Virus record (IMG/VR): IMGVR_UViG_3300025133_000029
Coordinates: 64,001-128,000 of that record
DNA length: 64,000 nucleotides
Direction: 5' to 3' (one strand)
From: a virus
Of this stretch, positions 1 to 8,976 are shown piece by piece. The notes beneath the pieces were generated by a model. The model had not been told where the DNA came from. It made no database searches and saw only the letters and a program-made list of their open reading frames with translations. The position numbers and the translations under genes are program-made. Position 1 is the first letter of the stretch. Each line of letters starts with the position of its first letter.

Positions 1-1317
1 AAATCTATTGGCGATTGTGGGTATTTCACAATTTTCATAGAGGATGTATCGATACTGGCAGCGAAGGTTATTCAGGATAATCCTCTATACTCTGGACAGG
101 AAGCTTCGACTCGGTATATGGACTTCTCTGTTAGTCGAGCGCATTCGAGTAACTTACATTGCAATCCTTATGGATCAAGGGAGTCGGGTCATGATGTTTG
201 GCAGAGAGCGAATGATCTACTTGACGGTTGGTTCTCTTTATATACGGACACTGTGCTAGAGTTGGAAAAAGGTTTGTACAAGAACCTCGATCGTCCATCG
301 GAGATCTCGGAAAGTAGGTGGGGACGGGCTATTAAGGCGCGATCTTTTGATATAGCAAGATCGTTATTGCCGATAGGCACGAGGACGAATTTATCTTGGA
401 CTACAAACTTACGCCAAGCCGCTGATCATTGTGTCAGGATGTGGCAGCATCCATCTTCAGAGATTCAGTTTTTGGCTACACAAATCATGCAAACTATGCG
501 GATAAAGTATCCTCATAGTTTTCGAAAAGATTGGATAGATCGTGTTCCCATGACAGGAGGACAGGAGCTATCATTTGAACAAAAAATGCAGATGAATTTC
601 TGGAGAAGTTCTGATACCGATAAAATGATGTGGGGGAGTGAGGATTGTAAGGGATCCCCTGGTTCTCTCTTTCAAGTGGTAACTGGAGAAGGGTCTAGAA
701 GTAAGTTACTGGGTTTTTCTTCTCTGTATGATATTAGTGGTGCAGAGAAGATGATAGAAACGATGGGATTAAGAAACAGAAATAGGTTTTTTGAAATCCC
801 AAGAATATTTGATCGCTTTGGAAGCTTGTCGGCTCTTTTTGATTTAGATTTTGGATCCTTTAGAGATATACAGAGACACCGTCCTTGTTATCTCCCCATT
901 CCTTTAGTTGAGAATGTCACATCGTTGCATTCTTGGTATTTAGAACAGATGGAAGGTTTGCTTTCTGGTGTGGTCTATGGCGAGTTTCGGGCGAGATGTG
1001 GGGAACTCCTGCAGGAAATACCAGAGCAGAAGCGTTTTGATGATGAAGACTTGGTTCGCCAAATGTATTTATCTCCATTGGGAGCATCTTCTGTCTCTCC
1101 ACTCGTTGCTTCTTTGAAAGGGTGGGTGTATATATCGGAGATTCGAACAACGAAGCATGTACATCCTACTTTGCGGGAAGTAGCTATTTTGATGTTTCGA
1201 TTTATTGAAAGATTACATCCAGATTTGGCAAGAGGGATGTTTTGTGATTTGTCGGATGATGAGATGTCTATTCGACGCGGAGATCAAGACATTTTTGAAA
1301 AAGGCACCGTTTTATAG
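1..1317 (+). CDS. thyX: Flavin-dependent thymidylate synthase, tandem-domain type (5'-truncated by window edge)
   Basis: Frame 1 is open from base 1 (KSIGDCGYFTIFIEDVSILAAK...SGQEASTRYMDF). It then has FDIARSLLPIGTRTNL and a second repeat DFGSFRDIQRHR, all ThyX motifs. Confidence 0.85.
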   Translation, partial: KSIGDCGYFTIFIEDVSILAAKVIQDNPLYSGQEASTRYMDFSVSRAHSSNLHCNPYGSRESGHDVWQRANDLLDGWFSLYTDTVLELEKGLYKNLDRPSEISESRWGRAIKARSFDIARSLLPIGTRTNLSWTTNLRQAADHCVRMWQHPSSEIQFLATQIMQTMRIKYPHSFRKDWIDRVPMTGGQELSFEQKMQMNFWRSSDTDKMMWGSEDCKGSPGSLFQVVTGEGSRSKLLGFSSLYDISGAEKMIETMGLRNRNRFFEIPRIFDRFGSLSALFDLDFGSFRDIQRHRPCYLPIPLVENVTSLHSWYLEQMEGLLSGVVYGEFRARCGELLQEIPEQKRFDDEDLVRQMYLSPLGASSVSPLVASLKGWVYISEIRTTKHVHPTLREVAILMFRFIERLHPDLARGMFCDLSDDEMSIRRGDQDIFEKGTVL

Positions 1318-1340
1318 TTTTTTATTAGAGGAGTGTTGTT

Positions 1341-1745
1341 ATGAGTAAGATAGGGGCGGTTCCCAATCCACTTTCTGTTCCAGTTCCATCGGTTCCCAAG
1401 AACATGATTAAAAGGAGGAGAGGGGAAGAAGAGACAGTGGTAAGTATAGATGGGAAGTTACTAAGCTCGAGTTTAATAAAAAATTCGACTGAATTGGTAA
1501 AGATTCGGATTGCTCTTGTTATGGATGAATATGGCAATTGGAGTGCTTCGGGGTGGAATCCGAAGGAGGGGGGCGAGGGTCCAGAGGCGATGCTGGACAT
1601 TGCGCATGATGGTGACTTTGTGGATCCGGATGGATATACGAATCGTGTTTTGTTCCCGTTTTGGGTTGAGGTTATGGTTCCTATCCCACAGCCCCGGGTT
1701 TTAGAGGGAGCTTCGATTATTCCGGCAAGGAGACCCACTGAGTAG
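1341..1745 (+). CDS. Hypothetical protein
   Basis: 134-aa ORF with GAGGAG RBS upstream of ATG. Confidence 0.6.
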   Translation: MSKIGAVPNPLSVPVPSVPKNMIKRRRGEEETVVSIDGKLLSSSLIKNSTELVKIRIALVMDEYGNWSASGWNPKEGGEGPEAMLDIAHDGDFVDPDGYTNRVLFPFWVEVMVPIPQPRVLEGASIIPARRPTE

Positions 1746-1958
1746 TTTTTTTATATTTTTATAAATGAGGATTCAATAGATTGAAGAAGAAAATATCTTG
1801 GATGTGGGACAATATGAAAAATGCTGCAACAGTGACGATACTATCTGGTATTTATGTTAAAAATATAGATGCAGATCAGCTTGGTGTGTTGTGTACGGTT
1901 TGGATTGTTTTTATTATTCTTAGTTTGATTTTCTCTACAAATAAGGACTCTTGAAGAT

Positions 1959-2789
1959 ATGAGAAAAGTGGGTGTCTTTGTTGATGTTAATTTCTTGAAT
2001 AACTCTGGTGGTTTCGGCATGAATTATGATGTACTCCGAAACTTTGCAATACGCGACGGTGGAGTACTTTCTAATTTATTTGCCTATATGAATTATAACC
2101 AGTTCAGGGCGGAAGAAGAAGAGGCGTACCATCGTCGGCAGAGGGATTTTGAAGATCGTCTTCGTGATTTTGGTTTTACTGTTACTTCTCTTCTTTACAA
2201 TGAGGTTTTTTCTCGAACAGATGGGAATTCTTTTTTGCAGTCAACATCTGAAGTGCGAATGGCAATGGATGTTTTGGTAGCATCCGAATATCTAGATACT
2301 GTTGTTATTGTTTCTGGGAGCGATGTTTTCTATAGTCTCTTTTCGATTTTGCGTAATAAGGGATGTAGGGTTGAGGTTATTGGATTCAAAAATGTTTCGG
2401 AAGCAGTACGATGTGGAAGTGACTTTTTTATATCTGGGTATTTGATTCCGAATCTTCTTTCACCACATGATTCAGATGGTATCCGTGAGGATTCTCGTAG
2501 GAAGTGGGGTTTTCCCGGATTCAGGACTCGTGGTATTTGTTATTCTTTTAATCAAGAGAAGAAGTTTGGGTTTATTCGATTCTTACGATCGTTGGACAAA
2601 CTTTGGATTGTCGATGCTCGAAATCCCGAGTCTCCTTGGGGAACGGCATTTATTCATCTCACGGAGTTACCAAACTCAGTGAACTTCGAGGATTTGCCGA
2701 GTCGGGATAAAATTTTTGAGTTTACTTTATGGGAGTCAGACAAGGGATTTCAGTCAAAAGAAGTTGTGCAGGTCCACGAGTTTCGTTAA
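1959..2789 (+). CDS. NYN (LabA/DUF88, PIN-like) domain protein with C-terminal cold-shock-like OB fold
   Basis: N-terminal VFVDVN, MAMDVL, VIVSGSDVF, GCRVEVIGF; C-terminal RGICYSFNQEKKFGFIR...AFIHLTEL resembles CSD RNP1/RNP2. Confidence 0.75.
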   Translation: MRKVGVFVDVNFLNNSGGFGMNYDVLRNFAIRDGGVLSNLFAYMNYNQFRAEEEEAYHRRQRDFEDRLRDFGFTVTSLLYNEVFSRTDGNSFLQSTSEVRMAMDVLVASEYLDTVVIVSGSDVFYSLFSILRNKGCRVEVIGFKNVSEAVRCGSDFFISGYLIPNLLSPHDSDGIREDSRRKWGFPGFRTRGICYSFNQEKKFGFIRFLRSLDKLWIVDARNPESPWGTAFIHLTELPNSVNFEDLPSRDKIFEFTLWESDKGFQSKEVVQVHEFR

Positions 2790-2810
2790 TTTTCAACATG
2801 TCCAAATACT

Positions 2811-2855
2811 AAAAAAAAGGGAAATCTTTAGAATCTAAAGATTTCCCTTTTTTTT
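2811..2855. repeat. Dispersed palindrome copy (core 2825-2841, N=A) extended to perfect 22-bp arms; terminator-like
   Basis: AAAAAAAAGGGAAATCTTTAGA-A-TCTAAAGATTTCCCTTTTTTTT. Confidence 0.95.
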
Positions 2856-2930
2856 TATTTAATCGGGTTTTTATATTTTGTTTACGGGGTTACTAATGGC
2901 AAAAACGAATAGGAAAGAGAGAAAGTTGAA

Positions 2931-3887
2931 ATGAAAATCCATGGCCTGATAATTGATCCTCAGATTTCCTTTTCTTGGCCCGGTCTGCAGGAACTCACGG
3001 GGAAGAATCCAGATGATATTCTTCCACCAGAAGTTCGACCCCATATGGGGGATATGTATGATCGTCTTTTGAATAGGGGTGAGTTATATGTGGACGGAGC
3101 CCATGAGGATATGCTGCGATTGGCAGCGATGTTGGATCGTTTGCGCGATAGGTTGGATGATGTTCATGTCACGCTCGATTCGCATCGGTTTGTGGATCAG
3201 GCGCATCCTTCTTGGTGGAGGCGTACTAGTGATGGATCCCCGCCCCCCCACTATACGATATTGGGGATAAATAACGATCGTGTCGTTCGGATGGATCCAC
3301 AGAGCGATGGATCGCTTGTTCCTACGGGAGATGAATTTACTACGCGCATCCCCTCTTTTATGTACAAAGGAGGGCCAACCAAGAAAGGGAGCAAAGGATA
3401 CCTGGAGGCGCTGGCGAGTAACGGTCGCTATCCCCATGTCGTGTGGCCAGTGCATTGTATGATCGGCACAATGGGCCACTTGGTTCACCCTGCGGTTATG
3501 GCAGCGCTACTGCGATGGGAAGAGCAGTTTTGTTCTGTGGACTATGTGACGAAAGGATCCAACCCACAGACGGAGCATTATTCTGGAGTGCAGGCAGAGG
3601 TTGTGGACCCCAGCGACCCCTCGACGCAGATCAATATGGAGTTGATACGGACTCTGGAAGAGGCCGATATTGTCTTTCTGGCGGGAGAAGCTCGATCCCA
3701 TTGCTTGGCAAACACGGCGAGAGATATTGTCGCAAAATTCTCAGATCCGAGCTATGTCAAGAAGCTCTATCTGATCGAAGATTGCACCTCTGATGTTCCG
3801 GGGTTTGAACATCTGGGCGAAAAGTTTGTTCAAGATATGGTGGGGTTGGGAATGAATGTTTCTAACTCATTAGATTTCTTGGCCTAG
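2931..3887 (+). CDS. Nicotinamidase/pyrazinamidase-like cysteine hydrolase (isochorismatase family)
   Basis: LIIDPQ (catalytic D), TLDSH, WPVHC, VTKG (K) and AGEARSHC (catalytic C). Confidence 0.85.
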   Translation: MKIHGLIIDPQISFSWPGLQELTGKNPDDILPPEVRPHMGDMYDRLLNRGELYVDGAHEDMLRLAAMLDRLRDRLDDVHVTLDSHRFVDQAHPSWWRRTSDGSPPPHYTILGINNDRVVRMDPQSDGSLVPTGDEFTTRIPSFMYKGGPTKKGSKGYLEALASNGRYPHVVWPVHCMIGTMGHLVHPAVMAALLRWEEQFCSVDYVTKGSNPQTEHYSGVQAEVVDPSDPSTQINMELIRTLEEADIVFLAGEARSHCLANTARDIVAKFSDPSYVKKLYLIEDCTSDVPGFEHLGEKFVQDMVGLGMNVSNSLDFLA

Positions 3888-3946
3888 ACATTGTTTGGGT
3901 CGATAAGTCTGAAGTAGTTCTTTTTACAAATATGGAGAGCGATTAA

Positions 3947-4687
3947 ATGCCTCGAATTACAGACGAGACAATGGAAGACCATCAGATGGGTGGTTCGAAC
4001 TATTCTTTTTCGGCGAAGAGGATAGACGACTTGGGAGCCTCAGAGTACACCCTCGCCTTTATCGCGGTGGACGTGACGGGATCGTTGCAAGGACAGGAAG
4101 CAAACCTCGAGAAGATGTTGAAGCTTTGTGTCGCGGCTTGCCGTAGAAACCCAAGAGCAGACAACATGATGCTTCGTGTTGTTTTGTTCTCCAGTCAGTT
4201 TCACGGGTATCTGGAGGAAATTCATGGTTTCCGACCTTTGCCCGAAATCAAGGAAGATGATTATACCGGGGTCATCGATTGCAGGGGGGGGACGCCACTG
4301 TACGAGGCGGCTTATACCAACCTGACCGCTTTGCAGCAATTCGCAAAAGATCTTTCGGACAACGACTTTTTTGTCAACGGCATCGGCTTTGTTTTGACCG
4401 ATGGCGAAGACAATATGTCCAAGGTCACTCGGACTATGGTGAAGGATTCGATCGGCGATCTGGTCAAGAGCGAGGATCTGGAGTCCTTTCGCCCAATCTT
4501 GATCGGCTTCGGGCAATCCACATGGCTGCGAAAATTTCAAAATGAAGCAGGCTTCGATCAGTTCGTCGATGCAGGGAGCGCGAGTGAGTCGACGTTGGCG
4601 AAGGTGGCAGACTTTGTGTCTCAGTCTTTGTCTTCTGCCTCGCAGTCTCTGGGAACTGGCGGTCCATCCGTTGCCCTGACTTTCTAG
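3947..4687 (+). CDS. vWA domain protein, TerY-like
   Basis: MIDAS-like DVTGS, GGTPLYEA, LTDGEDN; GGAG RBS; C-terminal VSQSLSSASQS. Confidence 0.8.
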   Translation: MPRITDETMEDHQMGGSNYSFSAKRIDDLGASEYTLAFIAVDVTGSLQGQEANLEKMLKLCVAACRRNPRADNMMLRVVLFSSQFHGYLEEIHGFRPLPEIKEDDYTGVIDCRGGTPLYEAAYTNLTALQQFAKDLSDNDFFVNGIGFVLTDGEDNMSKVTRTMVKDSIGDLVKSEDLESFRPILIGFGQSTWLRKFQNEAGFDQFVDAGSASESTLAKVADFVSQSLSSASQSLGTGGPSVALTF

Positions 4688-4708
4688 GGGCTTAGTTGAT
4701 ATGAGAAA

Positions 4709-4725
4709 TCTTTAGACTCTAAAGA
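4709..4725. repeat. Dispersed palindrome TCTTTAGA-C-TCTAAAGA
   Basis: Exact core; arms extend to GAGAAA/TTTCTC (4703-4731). Confidence 0.95.
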
Positions 4726-4898
4726 TTTCTCTGCTTGTTCGCGATTGTGGTGATTTCCGCAGTCGCGTTTTTTTTTGGTTTTTTTACATGTCGTATGACA
4801 CAAAAAGACACACAAGTTGGCTAGTCTTTTTGGGAGTCGAGAAGGGTTTTGTTCTTTCTTGACTAGTGGCTCTTTTTCTAGATAGGAGAGAAAATCTG

Positions 4899-7436
4899 AT
4901 GAGTACCACACAGCCCTTTAATCCTGATTGCAAGTTTATTATGTATGACTTTGCGGCTCGTCCCAAAGCTTACTTCGTCGCGGAGGAGTTGGATGTGAAG
5001 CCACCCGACCCTGGGGAGACAACAATGCGGGATGCGGCACATCACGTCATTGTTGTGGATCGATCAGGATCGATGTGGGGGGAGATGAAGTCGTTGAAAA
5101 ACACACTCCTGAAGCTTCTCACTCTTCAGGAGTATCGGGACAAGGCGCTCAAGGTGTCTTTGATTTCTTATTCGGGAGTTCGCGATCTGACTCTCCACTT
5201 TGAGAAGGTGGATGTCGCGGACATTATGGAGATGGACTCTCCATACCAAAAAGAAATCAAAAGCATCCGGGTCACGGGCTTGACTTGTATCAGTCAGGCG
5301 ATGCAAATGGCAGAGGGCTTAGTCGAGGATGGAGAGTTGACGTGTATCACTCTTCACACAGACGGCTACGCCAACGATCACTCCCCACGAGATGAAAGGA
5401 GAAAGTTGCGGGAGATCTGCAACCGACTGAAGGAACGCAACTGCTTCCTCAACACGATTGCATACTCGCGGTATAGCGACTTCCCGCTTATGGCGGAACT
5501 GGCGAACATGGTTTCGGGTTCTTGTGTGAAGGCACAGAGCGCAGCGGATGTGTATGACAGCTTGTATCAAACATCTTCTCTCTTGGCTCAAAGCGCTCCC
5601 CCGACGTTGGTCTTTCCTGATGGAAACGATTTCGAGCAGCAAGTGTATGTGGAGTGGGGGGGGAGAAAGGTCATCGGAAGCAACGGTGAGCTTGTTATCA
5701 GGGGTGTAGACTCCTGCGGTGATGTTAAGCTCTATCGCTATCAAGAGGTGTCTCAAAAAGAGTATGAATACTCGGATGCCTTCGACTGCCTCACGGGCTG
5801 GACGGATGACATCTTCCCGATATTGGCTTTTGTGCGATATTGTATTGCGTCGGGCCAACTGAATCGAGCGAAGTTTCTTTTGTTTTCGACTCTGAATATG
5901 ACGCTCTCTGATCGTCATGCAGCAGCGTTGGACAGTGAAAGGATTGCGGCGTTCGCCACAGACGTTGATGCGGCTCTCTTTGACAACTCGATGCCCGACA
6001 ATCACATCTTCGCGGACGAGATGGCCCCGAGTGACATGGTTTCGATTTTGGAGCTTGCAGAGCTTCTGAGTGAATACTCGGACGCCATCGAAATCAACAA
6101 AGAAGCGCTCTTCGAAGTGTACAACAAGAGAAGCGTGAAGCGTGTTCCGGGGAAGATTGACCCGTTGGGGAAATATATCCCGCCTCGCTTCAAGCTTCGC
6201 CCAAAGAACTCCAGTGATGAGTATTTCTCGATTCGGGGTGTGGAGTGCAACGAGTCGTCGGCCACCATTAATCTTCTCTTCTCGTATGAAGCGGATCTTG
6301 TGGAACAGGATGCGGGAGAGAATATCGTGGGGGTTGTCGAGGAGGTTTCCAGTGTTCGTTTGAACAATTTGCGCGATTATCGAAACTATACGCTGGTGGG
6401 CGACGGTCTACTGGCGGTACCGCATCTGCAGGTGAGGTTTCGATCCAAGAAAGCCTTTGCGGCTCTCGAGAGAGCGGGTCTGGTGGATGGTCCATGGAAT
6501 CCATCGGAAGATTACATTCTGGACTTGGAACATCTTCCACTGGTCGATTTCCAGGATGCAAGCTTCGACAGTCTCTCGGGCGAGTTTGAACGGATGGCCA
6601 AGCTCAAAATGCTCGCCAAGATGCTAGAGGCAGCTTTGAAGGGTCAGTCTGATCTGTACACGCCCGAGCAGATCGCAGCTCTCGACAGTCACCACCTCAA
6701 GCCATCGCTTTTCTATTCGGGTCCTTCGATCTACAAGTATGTCAAAGATGGCCTGACGCGGGAAGCGGCACTGAGCCAGGGGGTTCTTGATACGAGAGTG
6801 AAGCACAAGGTTCTCTTTGGCACAGAGGACACGTTGTCTCTCGATAAGATTCCGAGTGCCAACGCCTTCCTCCGGGCCTATTTCACAGTGACCGATGCGA
6901 AGGGGCAGTTGGTTGACAAGCCCACGGTGCAGGATGCCTTGGCCCCTAATGCGATGGTGGGTTGGAAGGTCTTGAGTTCGCGCAAAAAGGTGACGCGGCT
7001 CGACGATATGTTGAAGCCACTCGCCGCCTCCTTCTTTGGCATTGACACGCCCTACGAAGTGTTGTCGGTTCTTCGAAGCAGCAGCCTGAATCATCTCACA
7101 GATGACTTCGAAGACTTTAGCAATCGAGACGAATCGACAATCCTGGATGACCTTGTTGAGTTTTTGACTCAAATGAAGCGAGACGTCAAAGGGGTTATCG
7201 ATCGAGTCTACCGCGACAAGATTTGCCCCATTGTGTTTTACATCGGAGCCACTGGTTTGCTCCCCGATAACTATGATGTCCCGGCTATGGGGAAAGTGGA
7301 GCTTGGGGAAGTTTGCCCCAATATCAAAACGGGCAAAAAGGAAGAGGACGCCATCTTCTTCAAAGTAGATGATGTTCTTCTCACGGTCTACACGGAAGTA
7401 GCCGAGTTCTCCAGGGAACAAGCCGCCTCGAATTAG
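4899..7436 (+). CDS. Large vWA-domain protein with long uncharacterised C-terminal region
   Basis: MIDAS DRSGS...T...TDG. Start moved to ATG 4899, which follows an AGGAG RBS. Confidence 0.8.
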   Translation: MSTTQPFNPDCKFIMYDFAARPKAYFVAEELDVKPPDPGETTMRDAAHHVIVVDRSGSMWGEMKSLKNTLLKLLTLQEYRDKALKVSLISYSGVRDLTLHFEKVDVADIMEMDSPYQKEIKSIRVTGLTCISQAMQMAEGLVEDGELTCITLHTDGYANDHSPRDERRKLREICNRLKERNCFLNTIAYSRYSDFPLMAELANMVSGSCVKAQSAADVYDSLYQTSSLLAQSAPPTLVFPDGNDFEQQVYVEWGGRKVIGSNGELVIRGVDSCGDVKLYRYQEVSQKEYEYSDAFDCLTGWTDDIFPILAFVRYCIASGQLNRAKFLLFSTLNMTLSDRHAAALDSERIAAFATDVDAALFDNSMPDNHIFADEMAPSDMVSILELAELLSEYSDAIEINKEALFEVYNKRSVKRVPGKIDPLGKYIPPRFKLRPKNSSDEYFSIRGVECNESSATINLLFSYEADLVEQDAGENIVGVVEEVSSVRLNNLRDYRNYTLVGDGLLAVPHLQVRFRSKKAFAALERAGLVDGPWNPSEDYILDLEHLPLVDFQDASFDSLSGEFERMAKLKMLAKMLEAALKGQSDLYTPEQIAALDSHHLKPSLFYSGPSIYKYVKDGLTREAALSQGVLDTRVKHKVLFGTEDTLSLDKIPSANAFLRAYFTVTDAKGQLVDKPTVQDALAPNAMVGWKVLSSRKKVTRLDDMLKPLAASFFGIDTPYEVLSVLRSSSLNHLTDDFEDFSNRDESTILDDLVEFLTQMKRDVKGVIDRVYRDKICPIVFYIGATGLLPDNYDVPAMGKVELGEVCPNIKTGKKEEDAIFFKVDDVLLTVYTEVAEFSREQAASN

Positions 7437-7498
7437 ATCCGATTTTTCTATTTCGGGTTTTGTTGAGCGGGTAAGTCTTTTACTTTAGAGATGTAAAA

Positions 7499-7515
7499 TC
7501 TTTAGAGTCTAAAGA
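7499..7515. repeat. Dispersed palindrome TCTTTAGA-G-TCTAAAGA
   Basis: Exact core, between vWA and PP2C genes. Confidence 0.95.
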
Positions 7516-7541
7516 TTTGCCCGTTTTTTTTGGAGTTGCAA

Positions 7542-8498
7542 ATGGCAGTGGTGCGTGATGTAGATAGTTTTTTTCGCCGAGGTTCTACACATAAGATTTG
7601 TGAAGATTATGCGTGGAGTGGTTTCTTCAATCGCGGAGGCGGGGCTGATGATATAGGAAGATCTTTAGTGGTCGTTTCCGATGGATGCTCTACTTCCCCC
7701 TTTACAGATTTTGGTGCTAGGTTATTGGTAAGATCTCTTATGAATAGAGTCGCTTCTTGGGGTGAATATATAAATATGGAGTGGCTTATTGAACAAGCCC
7801 ATGGGCTTGTTCTGTCCATGAAGATGCCTTCCGATTGTTTGAATGCGACTTTGCTTTATGCTCTTGAAAATAATAAAGGCGATATAAATGTGGGGATTTC
7901 GGGTGATGGCATGGTTCTGGCGAAGTTGCGCTATTCGGGCGAGTGGAAGTGGTTAGATGTTTCTTTTTCTGGAAACTGTCCTGCCTATCTTCATTACCTT
8001 GCCCACTATGAACACTTGAAAGGATTTGCGAATGTAGTTGTCGGTAATCTGCCGACAACTAATGGAGATGAAGACCTGTCAACGCCCCTGGGAGTAAGGT
8101 ATTGCAAAGGGACATTAGTCGAAGAGATCGATTCAATCCCAGAGGTTGAAGATGTTCTCTGCGTTTTTCGTGAATCAGATGAAGGAGATTTCGCAGATTT
8201 TCAAGATCGTTACTCATTGTCTTTCACTCTTGATTCGGATAGGTACTCCTCTGTTTTGATAGCGACAGATGGATTGTCTAGTTTTTTCACATCTGGATTA
8301 ACTAGAGATAATTTACAATCTCTTTTTGAGGACTTGGTTATCAGACAAGTAACAAAGATAAGGAGTTTTCGAGGTGAGTTTCTTCAACGCCGAATGCGCA
8401 AGTTTATTGATAAATATTGTGTGGATCGTCTAATAACGCACAGTGATGATGTTGCCATTGCGGGGTTATTTATGCCCAAAGGAAAAAGTAATGTCTAA
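7542..8498 (+). CDS. PP2C-family protein phosphatase (YegK/PphC-like)
   Basis: GSTHKICEDY, VVSDGCS, SGDG, IATDGL, HSDDVAI motifs; GGAG RBS before ATG 7542. Confidence 0.8.
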   Translation: MAVVRDVDSFFRRGSTHKICEDYAWSGFFNRGGGADDIGRSLVVVSDGCSTSPFTDFGARLLVRSLMNRVASWGEYINMEWLIEQAHGLVLSMKMPSDCLNATLLYALENNKGDINVGISGDGMVLAKLRYSGEWKWLDVSFSGNCPAYLHYLAHYEHLKGFANVVVGNLPTTNGDEDLSTPLGVRYCKGTLVEEIDSIPEVEDVLCVFRESDEGDFADFQDRYSLSFTLDSDRYSSVLIATDGLSSFFTSGLTRDNLQSLFEDLVIRQVTKIRSFRGEFLQRRMRKFIDKYCVDRLITHSDDVAIAGLFMPKGKSNV

Positions 8499-8955
8499 AG
8501 AAAGATCTATTGTTTCGAAGAGGTGTTTTTTTCGGTTCAGTAGTGTATGGGGTGCGACAGCTACGGACTTGGACACTTTTATCAATCATTGGATCGCGTT
8601 GCGAGATGCAATAGTTTCTGAACAAGGAAAAGATTACCCAGACACTCCGAGTCCGTATTTAGAAAATGAGATTTATTTCTGTCCCGATAGTGCAGAGTGT
8701 CCAGAATGCGGAACAAACTCAGAGCCGATGTTGATTACAGCCTACGACAGGTTAGAAACGGATGAAGAGTTCGAGAATCGTGTGGGGGTAGAGGAAGTAG
8801 AAAAACAAACAAGAGCATTAGTAGAGAAGGAGAGATTGAAACGAGATCTTGCATCAGCTTCGCAACTTCTTTTGAGCCATGGCTATGAAGTCATAGTGCC
8901 TTTTGTCGAATCAAAAGATGTGGCTTGTATAGTAAATGATTCGGACGAATCTTGA
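8491..8955 (+). CDS. Hypothetical protein (CPECG motif, C-terminal coiled coil)
   Basis: ATG overlaps the end of the PP2C gene; sits between phosphatase and kinase. Confidence 0.55.
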   Translation: MSKERSIVSKRCFFRFSSVWGATATDLDTFINHWIALRDAIVSEQGKDYPDTPSPYLENEIYFCPDSAECPECGTNSEPMLITAYDRLETDEEFENRVGVEEVEKQTRALVEKERLKRDLASASQLLLSHGYEVIVPFVESKDVACIVNDSDES

Positions 8956-8976
8956 ATATTATGGAGACTTAGACAG

